From contig JALVVN010000038.1 of the NCBI GenBank assembly GCA_027023405.1, positions 85,333 through 145,332 of the forward strand: DNA of 60,000 nt, in the 5' to 3' direction. The notes below the pieces were generated by a model. It worked only from the letters and a program-made list of their open reading frames with translations, had not been told where the DNA came from and made no database searches. Source of the stretch: Campylobacterales bacterium (GTDB lineage Bacteria > Campylobacterota > Campylobacteria > Campylobacterales > QNZT01). Positions 39,568 through 50,028 of the stretch are shown here, in pieces; within the stretch, counting starts at the first letter, position 1, and the number at the start of each line of letters is the position of its first letter. Both the position numbers and the translations under genes were made by a program.

Positions 39568-40148
39568 CCTTCTAAAGCAAGCTTTTTGAGTATCTCCTCA
39601 TCCGTTTCGACGACCCATTTGCCATCTTCAAAATAGAGTCGCTCTTTTGTTGCATCGTTGTAGGTATAGTAGCGGTTGAGTAGCGGTTGCTCTTTGACAA
39701 TCGTTCGTTGTTTACCTGATACGACAACGGCATTGTCGGGTACATCTTCATAGACGACCGCGTTGGCACCGATTCGTACATTGTTTCCCACTTTGATATT
39801 GCCGACGATCTTTGCACCCGCGCCGATATAGCAGTTATCTCCGATTGTCGGTGCACCGAGTCCTTTGGAGTCCGGCAGTGAGATAGATCCGATGGTCACT
39901 TGCTGAAAAATGACCGCATTTTTCCCCACCTTCGCCGTGCCGGAGATAAAGACACCCCGCTCTCCGTGAGGCATACAGGGTTCATTTTCAAAGTATGAAC
40001 TCACCGCGATATCGGCACCGTTTTCATAGAGATAGGTACGATAGATGAAGGTATAATACTTTCTTAGTAGTGGATTGAGATCGCCTTGTAGAGATTTTTT
40101 GACACGCCAAAAACCACCGTGTATACCTATCAAAATTTTTCCAATCAT
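39564..40148 (-). CDS. Serine acetyltransferase-like hexapeptide acyltransferase
   Basis: MPHGERGVFIS, IFQQVTIG, APTIGDNCYIGAGAKIVG, IGANAVV..DVP. Confidence 0.85.
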   Translation of the reverse strand: MIGKILIGIHGGFWRVKKSLQGDLNPLLRKYYTFIYRTYLYENGADIAVSSYFENEPCMPHGERGVFISGTAKVGKNAVIFQQVTIGSISLPDSKGLGAPTIGDNCYIGAGAKIVGNIKVGNNVRIGANAVVYEDVPDNAVVVSGKQRTIVKEQPLLNRYYTYNDATKERLYFEDGKWVVETDEEILKKLALEG

Positions 40149-40250
40149 GTTTTTACTCCTTTTAGATGTGTCCTTTATTGAAATCGTCCAATCTCACTTT
40201 TAATTCAATATAGGATACTATTATAATATTTTTTATTAAAAGGAGTAGAA

Positions 40251-41471
40251 ATGGGAGTTCTTTCCAGGGAGATGCTTAGCATCAGTGCAGCTATGATAGT
40301 TGTGATGTCAGGTTGCGGATATGATAATGAAAATCAAAATATTATGGGCAAGAGCGAGTTTATCTCGGCAACAAAACTCTTTGAAGTGCCTGGATCAGCG
40401 CTTCAGCCGACAGTTTCACAACTTGCTCCAGGGCATCCGGCTTTTGGACTCAAAAGCTATCGAATCCTCTACCGTACCCATGATCAAAAGGGTGCGGAGG
40501 TCAATGCTTCTGCTCTCCTAACGGTTCCGGTTCCCACACAAGCGATACTTGAGGGGTTAAAAAAGCAGGGCAAAAGCTTTTCACTTTCGATGGTGAGTGA
40601 TCAGCACGGTACCATTTTTCAAGATCTTGAGGCGCCGACTAGCAGTGTGATTGCGACCAAAAAACCCTCAACGATTTCAATGATCTTTTCAGCGATCGGA
40701 GGCTTTATGACACTTCAGCCCGATTATATCGGATATGGACAAAGTAAAGCACATCCACATCCTTATCTCTTGGAAGATGCCTCTGCAAACAGTGTTGTTG
40801 ATCTCATTGAAGCGGCGATTAAATTTGGAAATGATAAGCATCTGCCACTCAACGGACAAATCTTCCTCACCGGTTACTCTGAAGGGGGTTATGTCACACT
40901 TGCTGCTGAAAATGCGATTGAGAAAAAGCATCCCGATCTACGGCTCAAAGGGGTCGTAGCGATGTCGGGACCGTATGATCTAAATTTGATAGGAATGGGG
41001 GTCGTGAGCCAACCACAAATCCTTCGACCCGATTTTATCGGAGCGATCATTGATTCTTACGCAAGTAGTTATGATATCAAGCTTGATAAAATTCTCAACA
41101 CACAATATGCATCTAAACTCCCAACCCTTTATGATAAAAAGCGTGATTCACAAGAAATTATGCAGGAGTTGACCCACGAAACCAAAGATTTTTTCAATCC
41201 GCTTTTTATGCGTGATTTTTTGACCAATCCCAAAAATCCGTTGCGAGCAGCGTTTATCCAAAATAGTGTAGATGATTTCAAACCGCAAACACCCACCAAA
41301 CTCTTCTACTGCGGAGGAGATAAAACCGTGCCACCTACTATTACACTCAAAGCAAGTAAAGTCATGGGAGTGGATGCGATCGATATCAATAGCTCTTTGG
41401 GGCATGTGGAGTGTGCGCAAAAAGCCTATCCGGCAGTGTTAACATATTTTGATCAATTAAGGAGTAAGTAG
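40251..41471 (+). CDS. Secretory lipase-type alpha/beta hydrolase, probable lipoprotein
   Basis: MSGC lipobox; DQHGT, PDYIGYG, GYSEGG nucleophile, DKTVP, LGH. Confidence 0.82.
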   Translation: MGVLSREMLSISAAMIVVMSGCGYDNENQNIMGKSEFISATKLFEVPGSALQPTVSQLAPGHPAFGLKSYRILYRTHDQKGAEVNASALLTVPVPTQAILEGLKKQGKSFSLSMVSDQHGTIFQDLEAPTSSVIATKKPSTISMIFSAIGGFMTLQPDYIGYGQSKAHPHPYLLEDASANSVVDLIEAAIKFGNDKHLPLNGQIFLTGYSEGGYVTLAAENAIEKKHPDLRLKGVVAMSGPYDLNLIGMGVVSQPQILRPDFIGAIIDSYASSYDIKLDKILNTQYASKLPTLYDKKRDSQEIMQELTHETKDFFNPLFMRDFLTNPKNPLRAAFIQNSVDDFKPQTPTKLFYCGGDKTVPPTITLKASKVMGVDAIDINSSLGHVECAQKAYPAVLTYFDQLRSK

Positions 41472-42694
41472 TGAAAAAAATTCTCTTATTAAGTCTTTCG
41501 ACCTCACTTTTGGTTGCCAGCGGATATCGACTTCCCGAGGGTTCTCTCTCCTCTACGGCAATGAGCGGTGCCTATGTTGCCGGTGCGCACGGTGCGGATA
41601 GTAGCTACTACAATCCTGCCAACATGGCATTTAACTCCAATCAAAATCAATTTGAGGGGGATCTCACCTATATCAATCTAGCAGAGATTACATACAAAGA
41701 TGCGCAAAATCCGCAATTTAACGCCAAATCAAAAGAGGAGAATCTCCTCGCTCCCTCTCTCTACTTTAGTTCAGCCGATCTCAACGGATGGCGCTATGGT
41801 GTGAGCCTCAATGTTCCCGGTGGTTTGAGTAAGCGATGGGATGCTCCTTACGCCAAAGCAAGCGCCAAAGAGTTTAGGCTCAAAATTCTTGAACTCAATC
41901 CTTCGATTGCTTATAAGGTGAGTGATGCTTTTGCTCTCGGTGCCGGAGTCAGAGCGATCTATAGTGAGGGAAAAGTCAAAAGTGACGCAACCGATCTCGG
42001 CAAGCCGGTCAGAAGAGATATGGAAGCGGATACGACGGAGTTTGGATATAATTTGGCGCTTAGTTATAAGCCGGTAGAGCCGTTAACACTCTCTGCAACC
42101 TATCGATCCAAAGTTGATCTCAATCATGAGGGAAATGCCAAGTTACGACTCAGTGGTACCAAACTCTATGACGGTGGTGCAAGTGTCTCTGTTCCCCTTC
42201 CTGCAGTCATCGCATTGGCGGGTGCTTTCGATTTTGGTTCAACAGTTGTGGAAGTCGAGTGGGATAAGACCAAGTGGAGCGATTATAAGAGCTTGGATTT
42301 CCAGTTCAAAGATGCTGTTCCCGCAGCGCTCAAAGCTCCCTTCGATGATCCTAAGCCAAGAAATTGGGAAGATACTAACGCCTTTCGCATTGGTGTAACG
42401 CATCATTATAATGAAAAATTGACACTCATGGGCGGTTTTGCCTTTGATGAAAATCCCGCGACAAGTCGCTATTTGGGATTTGAGCTACCCGATAGTGATG
42501 CGACCATCTTCTCCGGCGGTTTTCACTATCAAGTCGATCAAAATCTCGGCTTTGGTGCTTCCCTACTCTACGACAAGAAAGATTCACGCAAAGTTTCACA
42601 AGGCAGAAGCGCTACCAATCCGCTTGCCATCGAAGGAACCTTCGATGATGCAAGTGCTCTACTTGTGACAACCGGTTTTACTTATCGCTATTAG
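41471..42694 (+). CDS. OmpP1/FadL family outer-membrane long-chain fatty acid transporter
   Basis: Signal peptide, YYNPANM hatch motif, LPDSD, C-terminal FTYRY. Confidence 0.9.
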   Translation: MKKILLLSLSTSLLVASGYRLPEGSLSSTAMSGAYVAGAHGADSSYYNPANMAFNSNQNQFEGDLTYINLAEITYKDAQNPQFNAKSKEENLLAPSLYFSSADLNGWRYGVSLNVPGGLSKRWDAPYAKASAKEFRLKILELNPSIAYKVSDAFALGAGVRAIYSEGKVKSDATDLGKPVRRDMEADTTEFGYNLALSYKPVEPLTLSATYRSKVDLNHEGNAKLRLSGTKLYDGGASVSVPLPAVIALAGAFDFGSTVVEVEWDKTKWSDYKSLDFQFKDAVPAALKAPFDDPKPRNWEDTNAFRIGVTHHYNEKLTLMGGFAFDENPATSRYLGFELPDSDATIFSGGFHYQVDQNLGFGASLLYDKKDSRKVSQGRSATNPLAIEGTFDDASALLVTTGFTYRY

Positions 42695-42696
42695 GC

Positions 42697-43320
42697 TCAG
42701 GAGAGGAGAATCTTTCGCAACTCCTCCACCTTTTTGATTGCATCCTGTAGATTGGAAAATCCCCAATCCACAAGGATGGTGTCGATCTCAGCGCGATCCG
42801 CCGCCTCTTTATCCTTGAGTGAATCTCCTATCATCAATGCTCTTTCACTAGGGCATTGAAACTGATCTAAAATCTTCAAGAGCATATCGGGATGGGGTTT
42901 GGAACGGGCGACATCATCCGCACATACGATGCTGTCAAAGAGCCGTGCAATCTTCAAATGCTCCAACATCTGCATGGCTGAGATTCGGTAGGCATTGGTG
43001 GCGAGTGTGAGTTTGTAGTGTACTTTTAGATCCTCTAAAAGCGCTCGCATACCCTCATAAAGCTTGGTATCTTGGGCATAGTGAGCGGTATAGTACTCTT
43101 GAAACCACTCAATATGTGACGCCTCAAACTCTTCAACTTCATAAAAGTAGCGAGGGGAATGAATATTCATTTCATTGACTGCATAGAGTAGTTTGTCCTG
43201 TGCCATGGGAGCCAAACCGAGTTTTGAGCGGACATAGTTGATAGCACCGCAGATTACGGCAGAGGAGTCGATAATGGTACCGTCCATATCAAAAATGAGC
43301 AATCTTATCCGATCTTGCAT
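42697..43320 (-). CDS. HAD family hydrolase (phosphoglycolate phosphatase-like)
   Basis: FDMDGTIIDS, ATN, KPHP, IGDSLKD. Confidence 0.9.
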   Translation of the reverse strand: MQDRIRLLIFDMDGTIIDSSAVICGAINYVRSKLGLAPMAQDKLLYAVNEMNIHSPRYFYEVEEFEASHIEWFQEYYTAHYAQDTKLYEGMRALLEDLKVHYKLTLATNAYRISAMQMLEHLKIARLFDSIVCADDVARSKPHPDMLLKILDQFQCPSERALMIGDSLKDKEAADRAEIDTILVDWGFSNLQDAIKKVEELRKILLS

Positions 43321-44915
43321 TTGACCGCCTCATTCATCAGTGCCTTTGCCATCTCTCTGCTTTGGTTGACAATATGGTTGATTTTGAGATCACGAATGAT
43401 CGCTTCATGAGAGTCATTTTTGACCATAACGACACTATTGATTTCACTCTCAAATGAAGCGATATTCTCACAGATGAGTCGCAATTTTTTTGCATTGGAA
43501 ATCGCAACCATAATGGCAAGAGACGCATCAATATTTACTGCTTCTAATACACTTTTTTGCGCGGCATTGGCAAGGAGTATCGGTTCGCCCTCCTTCTCAC
43601 CCTCCTCTACGAGTGTGATATCGTGCTCCAAGATGATATAAAAAAGCCCCATCTGTTTAAACTTTTTTGCTAAGCTTTTGCCCAAATCGCCGTACCCGCA
43701 AATGATGAGGTGATCTTTGTAGCTTGTGGAGTGTAAACTTTTTGGCTCTATGACCGGTTCTTTGACGAATGCATCGGCAATTTTCTTGATATTTTTGAGG
43801 ACAAAGGGGGCGAGGATCATCGAGATGACGACACTCATAATGAGAATCTGATCAGTTTGTGCATCGATCAGCGTATGGGTTCGTGCCAAGGCAAATATCG
43901 CCAAGGAGAACTCTCCGATTTGAAAGAGTGAAACAGCACTTTTGATAGCGGTTCGAGACTGGATAAAGAGGCGTAAAAATCCGTATATTACCGTTGCCTT
44001 GAGAGCCATAATCACTACTACAACCGCGATAATCGCAGGAAGATTCTTCCACGCTTCGATCAAATCAATCTGCAAACCGATACTGATAAAAAATATACCG
44101 AGCAAAATATCACGAAATGGGGTGAGATCCGCCTCTACACGATAACGGTACTTCGTCTCTGCAATCGTCATTCCAGCTAAAAAAGCACCTAATGAGAAAG
44201 AAAATCCAAAGAGTTCGGCCACCATAGCAGCACCTACGACAAGGAGTAAAATCGCAATTAAAAAGATCTCTTCCGAGTCGGCACGCAAAATGATCTCCAA
44301 AATCTTCTCGATCGTATAGCGACCCGCAACAAAGATAATAAAAAAGACCACCACCGCAGAGATGGAGGTTTTGAGTAGTAGAGGTAGAAGTGCCTGATTA
44401 GCATTGCTAAAGATGGAGATCATCAACAATATCGGGATCACCGCCAAATCTTGAAAGATCAAAATACCGACACTTATGCGCCCAAATTGGGTATGGATTT
44501 GGGCATTTTCATTGAGTACTTTGAGGACAATGGCGGTGGAGGAGAGGGAGAGTGCAAATCCAATTACAATCGCACTCTTGAGATCCAAGCCGGCAACCAT
44601 ATAGCTCAAAATGGAAAAGAGTATGCCTGAGAGGAGCACCTGCAACGATCCGTAGAGAAAAACCTCCTTTTTCATCGCCTTTAGATGGCTAATGGAAAAC
44701 TCCAATCCGATCGTAAACATCAAAAAGACGATCCCAAACTCCGCCACCTCATTGAGTGAGTGGTGAATATCATTTTGGAGATGAAAAAGATAGCGGATCA
44801 CTACACCGGCAAAGATGTAGCCTAAGATTGTCGGCAATCCAAAGCGTCTTAGCACAATATTCACAACCGTGGCAATACCGATAGTTGTAAGAAAAACGAG
44901 TAAAAGGTGCTCCAT
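43305..44915 (-). CDS. CPA2 cation:proton antiporter (KefB-like) with TrkA-N domain
   Basis: AEFGIVFLMFTIGLE, LSSTAIV, ILIFQD, LGAFLAG, ICGYG. ATG 44915 after AGGAGG. Confidence 0.92.
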   Translation of the reverse strand: MEHLLLVFLTTIGIATVVNIVLRRFGLPTILGYIFAGVVIRYLFHLQNDIHHSLNEVAEFGIVFLMFTIGLEFSISHLKAMKKEVFLYGSLQVLLSGILFSILSYMVAGLDLKSAIVIGFALSLSSTAIVLKVLNENAQIHTQFGRISVGILIFQDLAVIPILLMISIFSNANQALLPLLLKTSISAVVVFFIIFVAGRYTIEKILEIILRADSEEIFLIAILLLVVGAAMVAELFGFSFSLGAFLAGMTIAETKYRYRVEADLTPFRDILLGIFFISIGLQIDLIEAWKNLPAIIAVVVVIMALKATVIYGFLRLFIQSRTAIKSAVSLFQIGEFSLAIFALARTHTLIDAQTDQILIMSVVISMILAPFVLKNIKKIADAFVKEPVIEPKSLHSTSYKDHLIICGYGDLGKSLAKKFKQMGLFYIILEHDITLVEEGEKEGEPILLANAAQKSVLEAVNIDASLAIMVAISNAKKLRLICENIASFESEINSVVMVKNDSHEAIIRDLKINHIVNQSREMAKALMNEAVKCKIG

Positions 44916-45002
44916 ATTTCCTCCTGAATATGAAATTATTTTATCATAATTTTGGATCATATGCGCACAAAATTTGTGTATAATGAGACAAAGGAATAGA
45001 AA

Positions 45003-45371
45003 ATGATAAAAAAACTTTTGATAATGATAATCACGGCAACCGTTTTATCCGCATCTTCCTCGGCACCTACGAAATTGCTCCTGATTCTCATCACAAAGGA
45101 TGGGTGTCACTGGTGTGAGAAACTTGAGCGGGAGAGTTTTTACAATCCAATGATACGCAATCAAATCGAAAAGCATTTTATGGTTGCAAACATTTCAAGG
45201 GAAAGTGGGAATATTCCCTCTTTTTTGGAGCCGGAACTCTTTCCAACTATCTATATTCTAGATAGTGACGGAAAGAAACTTTTATTCACAATAGTCGGCT
45301 ATGAAAAAAGTTCTGAGCTACTCAATGAGATCGAAGAAGTTTATGAGACTCGATTCAGTAACGAGAAGTAA
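45003..45371 (+). CDS. Exported thioredoxin-fold protein (SoxW-like)
   Basis: Signal peptide, CHWC active site, FPT cis-Pro loop. Confidence 0.82.
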   Translation: MIKKLLIMIITATVLSASSSAPTKLLLILITKDGCHWCEKLERESFYNPMIRNQIEKHFMVANISRESGNIPSFLEPELFPTIYILDSDGKKLLFTIVGYEKSSELLNEIEEVYETRFSNEK

Positions 45372-45429
45372 CTATCCCCTTAAACTTCTTTCGATAAAAT
45401 ATCCCAAATTTTCATAAAGGCAAAAGCAA

Positions 45430-48066
45430 ATGAGTGAAGAGAGATCGACACACTACGATCCCAAAGAGGTGGAAAATAACTACTACCGCATTTGGGAGGA
45501 GAGAGGCTATTTTGAGATTGAGGGAAATGAGGCGATTCAGCAAGAGGGAAAAAATTTCTGCATCATGATGCCGCCTCCGAATGTGACGGGAGTACTGCAC
45601 ATCGGACATGCGCTCACCTTTACACTTCAAGATATCATGACGCGTTACAAACGGATGGACGGTTACAAAACACTCTGGCAACCGGGGCTTGATCATGCCG
45701 GTATTGCGACGCAAAATGTGGTCGAGAAACAGTTGCTCGCACAGGGAATTACCAAAGAGGAGATAGGACGAGAGGCATTCTTGGAAAAGGTGTGGGAGTG
45801 GAAAGAGAAGAGTGGCGGCGATATTATGCATCAGATGCGAAAGCTGGGTGCATCACCGGCTTGGAGTCGTGAACGCTTTACAATGGATGAAGGGCTCAAA
45901 AGTGCCGTAAGAGCCTTCTTCGTCGATCTCTATGAGAAGGGGTTGATCATCAAAGGCAACTATATGGTCAACTGGTGTACGCATGACGGCGCGCTGAGTG
46001 ATATCGAGGTGGAGTATGAAGAGGAAGCCGGGAAGCTCTATCATATCGCCTACCCTTTGAGTGACGGCAGTGGCGAAGTGGTGGTAGCGACGACGCGACC
46101 GGAGACCTATTTTGGTGATACGGCGGTGATGGTACATCCCGAAGATGAGCGGTACGGTGAACTCATCGGTAAAAAGGTGCGCTTGCCACTGTTGGATAAA
46201 GAGATCACCATCATCGCCGATGCGCATGTCGACAGGGAGTTTGGTACCGGTATCGTAAAAGTCACTCCCGCACATGACCCTAACGACTATGAGGTTGGAA
46301 AACGGCATGATCTGGAGTTTGTTACCTGTTTTGATGAGAAGGGAATACTCAATGATCTTTGTGGAGAGTTTGAGGGACTAGAGCGACTAGAGGCGCGAGA
46401 GAAGATTGTTTCTAAGCTTGAAGCTGAGGGATTTGTGCGCAAGATCGAAGATCATACGCATCAAGTGGGACACTGCTACCGCTGTCACAATGTGGTCGAA
46501 CCCTATATTTCCAAACAGTGGTTTGTCAAAAAAGAGATCGCCGATGAAGCGATCAAAAAGGTGAGAGCGGGAGAGAGTCAATTCTATCCGTCGCACTGGA
46601 TCAACTCCTTTAACGCATGGATGAATGAGCTTCGGGATTGGTGTATTTCACGGCAGCTCTGGTGGGGGCATCGTATTCCCGTCTTTACTTGTCAATCGTG
46701 TGGGCATGAGTTTGCCTCTCGTGAAGAGCATCCAGATAGCTGTCCGAAGTGCGGTAGCGATCAACTGCAACAAGATCCCGATGTCCTCGATACCTGGTTT
46801 AGCTCCGGTCTCTGGCCATTTTCGACACTGGGTTGGGAGAATGGTGATTTTGGCAAGGGGAGTCTGTGGGAAGAGGGAGATCTGGAGACATTCTATCCCA
46901 ATACGATGCTCATTACCGGTTTTGATATCCTCTTCTTTTGGGTTGCACGAATGATCTTCAGCGGTGTAGAGACGATGGGAGAGGTGCCTTTTAAGGATAT
47001 CTATCTTCATGCATTGGTGCGAGATGAACATGGTGCAAAGATGAGTAAATCGAGGGGCAATGTCATCGATCCGCTCGACATGGTAGAGGAGTTTTCCGCC
47101 GATACGCTTCGCTTTACACTGGCAGCTCTTGCGGTACAGGGAAGAGATATTCGTCTGAGCAAAGATCGACTCGGACAGTATCGAAACTTTACCAACAAAC
47201 TCTACAACGCCGCGCGTTTTTTGATGATGAATCACGATCGCTTTGAGGATCTTGACAAGATGGAGGTTAAGAGTGATTTAGGGCGCTATATGCTCTCTCG
47301 TTATCACGCTTGTACCCAAAAGGTGAGAGAAAATCTCGATAGTTATCGCTTTAATGATGCTGCGACGGAGATCTATCGCTACTTTTGGGGTGAGTTTTGC
47401 GACTGGGGAATTGAATTGAGCAAAGCCGATCCGCAAAGTATCGCGGAACTGGGTGCGATCTATAAAGACTCTCTCAAACTGATTCACCCTTTTATGCCCT
47501 TTATCTCCGAATATCTCTACCACGAACTCAACGGTACGACGCTTGAGGAGAGTGAATCGATCATGGTGATGCCCTACCCTCAGGCAGATCAGAATGATCA
47601 AGAGATTGAGCGAAAGTTTGAACGCATTAAAGAGGCGATCGTGGGTATCCGTCGTGCGCTGGCAACACTCGATCTACCCGCCTCTTCGATCGACAAAGTG
47701 GCGATCAAACTCAATGACGCAAGTGAAGATATCAGTAGTGGAGTCAATTTTATCTCCAAACTCACCAAGATCAAGCAGATCACATTTGTCGATGGGAAGC
47801 TAGAGAATGCCGTGACTGATGTAGGTGATCATTTGGAGGTCTATATTCCGCTTGATAATGTCGATATGACACCAATTATCAAGCGACTCGAGGCACAACA
47901 GGCAAAGTTGCAGAAGGAGTTTGACAAACTTGATCGCATGATGAGCAATGAGAAATTTGTCGCCAACGCACCTCAAGAGGTATTGGAGAAAAATCGCTCC
48001 CAACTAGCGCAAGTGAGTGAAAAACTTCAAAAGGTCACACAGGAGCTTGAGACACTTCGTCGCTAG
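45430..48066 (+). CDS. valS: Valine--tRNA ligase
   Basis: PPPNVTGVLHIGH, DWCISRQLWWGHRIP, KMSKS, C-terminal coiled coil. Confidence 0.98.
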   Translation: MSEERSTHYDPKEVENNYYRIWEERGYFEIEGNEAIQQEGKNFCIMMPPPNVTGVLHIGHALTFTLQDIMTRYKRMDGYKTLWQPGLDHAGIATQNVVEKQLLAQGITKEEIGREAFLEKVWEWKEKSGGDIMHQMRKLGASPAWSRERFTMDEGLKSAVRAFFVDLYEKGLIIKGNYMVNWCTHDGALSDIEVEYEEEAGKLYHIAYPLSDGSGEVVVATTRPETYFGDTAVMVHPEDERYGELIGKKVRLPLLDKEITIIADAHVDREFGTGIVKVTPAHDPNDYEVGKRHDLEFVTCFDEKGILNDLCGEFEGLERLEAREKIVSKLEAEGFVRKIEDHTHQVGHCYRCHNVVEPYISKQWFVKKEIADEAIKKVRAGESQFYPSHWINSFNAWMNELRDWCISRQLWWGHRIPVFTCQSCGHEFASREEHPDSCPKCGSDQLQQDPDVLDTWFSSGLWPFSTLGWENGDFGKGSLWEEGDLETFYPNTMLITGFDILFFWVARMIFSGVETMGEVPFKDIYLHALVRDEHGAKMSKSRGNVIDPLDMVEEFSADTLRFTLAALAVQGRDIRLSKDRLGQYRNFTNKLYNAARFLMMNHDRFEDLDKMEVKSDLGRYMLSRYHACTQKVRENLDSYRFNDAATEIYRYFWGEFCDWGIELSKADPQSIAELGAIYKDSLKLIHPFMPFISEYLYHELNGTTLEESESIMVMPYPQADQNDQEIERKFERIKEAIVGIRRALATLDLPASSIDKVAIKLNDASEDISSGVNFISKLTKIKQITFVDGKLENAVTDVGDHLEVYIPLDNVDMTPIIKRLEAQQAKLQKEFDKLDRMMSNEKFVANAPQEVLEKNRSQLAQVSEKLQKVTQELETLRR

Positions 48067-49222
48067 GAGGTGCAGAGGTTTGGAGCGCTTGGAGCTCCCT
48101 ACTCTGCTGAATAAGATTTCCTCGCCCTGTGCTTAAGCGCTTGTAGGCGAGGTCATAACTCTCCTGCGCTTTGGCAAGGTGTATATTGATCTGCTCCATC
48201 TCTTTGACAAAGAGTGAAAACTTCTCTAACAGTTGTGTCGCTTTTTTGGCGATGAGTTTTGCATTTTTATCCTGATAATCAAATCTCCATCCATTCTCTA
48301 TCACTCGAAGGACTGCCATCAGCGTTGAGGGAGAGACGATGATGATCTGCTTCTTGTACGCCTCTTCGATGAGCGCCGATCCCTTTTCATGAAGCAGTGC
48401 AAACGCCCCCTCAATCGGGATAAACATCAAAATAAAGTCAAGTGACTGCACCCCCTCTAAGCGATGATACTCTTTTTGATAGAGGGTATTGATATGTGTT
48501 TTGATAGAGGTGAGAAATCTTTCAAGATGTTCACTTTGTCGATCCGCACTATATTCGACATAGGATTTGAGTGTCAATTTGGCATCGATGATCACCTCTT
48601 TGTGCGTGGGTAGATAGATGATAGCATCGGGACGGTATCGCTCTCCTTTGCTATTGGTGAGTGTCACCTCTCTTTTGTACTCCCTATCTTTGACCAGTCC
48701 CGAATTCTCCAAAATACGCTCAAGGATCATCTCTCCCCAGATCCCTTGGAGTTTTTGATCCCCTTTGAGTGCTTTGGAGAGGGATTGTGCCTCTTTGCCC
48801 AAATGGTGGTTGAGTTCACGAAGTTTCTCGATCTCTTGGGTGAGAGAGTATCGCTCTTTGGACTCATTATGATAGAAGTGCTGTACCTGTTCGGAAAATT
48901 TTTCAAGTGCACCCCAAAAGGGTTTGATCCCCTCTTGAAACTCTAATTGTTGTGTTTTACTGTTTTGATAGAGAAGCTTGGAGGAGATTGCCTCAAAATC
49001 TTTTTGCAACTTCTCTTGTGTATTTTGACTTTGTGTAAGATGTGATTTGGTGAGGTTGAGTGATTCTTCGAGTAGCTTCACCTGTGATTGCAATTGGAGT
49101 GCTTTTTGATAGAGTCTGTTGTAGGCGTGATCTTTTCGTAGCAGTAGCCATCCAAAGAGGATGAGGGAAAGCAAAAATGCCGATAAAAAACCGTAACTAA
49201 AGTAGAGTAGTGTCGTATTCAT
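48035..49222 (-). CDS. rmuC: DNA recombination protein RmuC
   Basis: N-terminal TM and coiled coil; QGIWGEMILE, RPDAII.LP, IIDAK, FILMFIPIE, VSPSTL. 3' end overlaps valS by 32 bp. Confidence 0.92.
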   Translation of the reverse strand: MNTTLLYFSYGFLSAFLLSLILFGWLLLRKDHAYNRLYQKALQLQSQVKLLEESLNLTKSHLTQSQNTQEKLQKDFEAISSKLLYQNSKTQQLEFQEGIKPFWGALEKFSEQVQHFYHNESKERYSLTQEIEKLRELNHHLGKEAQSLSKALKGDQKLQGIWGEMILERILENSGLVKDREYKREVTLTNSKGERYRPDAIIYLPTHKEVIIDAKLTLKSYVEYSADRQSEHLERFLTSIKTHINTLYQKEYHRLEGVQSLDFILMFIPIEGAFALLHEKGSALIEEAYKKQIIIVSPSTLMAVLRVIENGWRFDYQDKNAKLIAKKATQLLEKFSLFVKEMEQINIHLAKAQESYDLAYKRLSTGRGNLIQQSRELQALQTSAPPSDEVSQAPV

Positions 49223-49283
49223 ATCCTACTCTACCCTAAAATATTGAAAACTTTAAAAAATATTTCATATTGAAATAAATTAT

Positions 49284-49967
49284 TTAAAAAGGCCATACAC
49301 TCTCAACCACTTTTGTACCCCACGGTTTTCTCATACTCTCTCTGATATCTCCTTCTGTTTCATAAAGGATTTTCGCATCGGCAATATATTTGGAGTCGAT
49401 GGTATTGTGCTCGTCGATATCATAACTACGCACGACACCCGTCACACGCACTATCTGTTTAATACCATTAAGTAGGAGTTGACGACTGCCTGCGATGAAG
49501 TAGTTACCGTTGGGCAGAATTTTAACCACTCTTGCTGTGACAGTTGTTTTAAAATTCTCTTTACGAGAGGCACTTCCGGCACCGCTATAAGTGGTATTGG
49601 TATTGGTCTTAAATCCCACATCGGTGATACCGTTGAGATTTTTGAGGACACCACCGGAGAAGATACCGCCACCCATATTGTTTTGGGAGTTGGTAGTGAC
49701 CTTTTTATTGCCGTTAGAGACTTGTGTCGTACTCTCATTGATGACGACCGTGATGATATCATTGACACGCATCGCTTTTCTATCGGAAAAGATGGGATTA
49801 TCACCCCTTCCGTAAAGACTACCCGCATAGGCGTGACACCGTCTCGGCTCTTGAGCTGCGGGGTGCTTTACATACTCAGGTGGACGCATATCTATTGAGG
49901 GTGAAGCGATATGTTTGCTACATCCGCTTATAAGCCATCCCAGTAGTAAGAGTGTTATCCATTTCAC
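49284..49967 (-). CDS. flgH: Flagellar L-ring protein
   Basis: Lipobox ISGC, FSDRKAMRVNDIITVVI, LPNGN, IDSKYIADAKI, C-terminal WPF. Likely start GTG 49967. Confidence 0.93.
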   Translation of the reverse strand: MKWITLLLLGWLISGCSKHIASPSIDMRPPEYVKHPAAQEPRRCHAYAGSLYGRGDNPIFSDRKAMRVNDIITVVINESTTQVSNGNKKVTTNSQNNMGGGIFSGGVLKNLNGITDVGFKTNTNTTYSGAGSASRKENFKTTVTARVVKILPNGNYFIAGSRQLLLNGIKQIVRVTGVVRSYDIDEHNTIDSKYIADAKILYETEGDIRESMRKPWGTKVVESVWPF

Positions 49968-50000
49968 AAACGATCCCCTAATATTCAATTGGATAAAATA

Positions 50001-50018
50001 AAGCATATTCTATTCCAA
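50001..50018 (-). promoter_or_regulatory. Sigma54 (RpoN) -24/-12 promoter of flgH
   Basis: Minus strand TTGGAATAGAATATGCTT = GG-N10-GC; flgH is RpoN-dependent in Campylobacterota. Confidence 0.75.
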
Positions 50019-50028
50019 AGGAGTTTTT

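Noticed and set aside
46648-47235. 195-aa antisense ORF (and other long shadows) inside valS
   Set aside because: Antisense shadow of a highly conserved gene; no recognisable protein features.
48035-48066. 32-bp convergent overlap of valS and rmuC
   Set aside because: Short tail-to-tail overlaps are common in compact genomes; no further signal.
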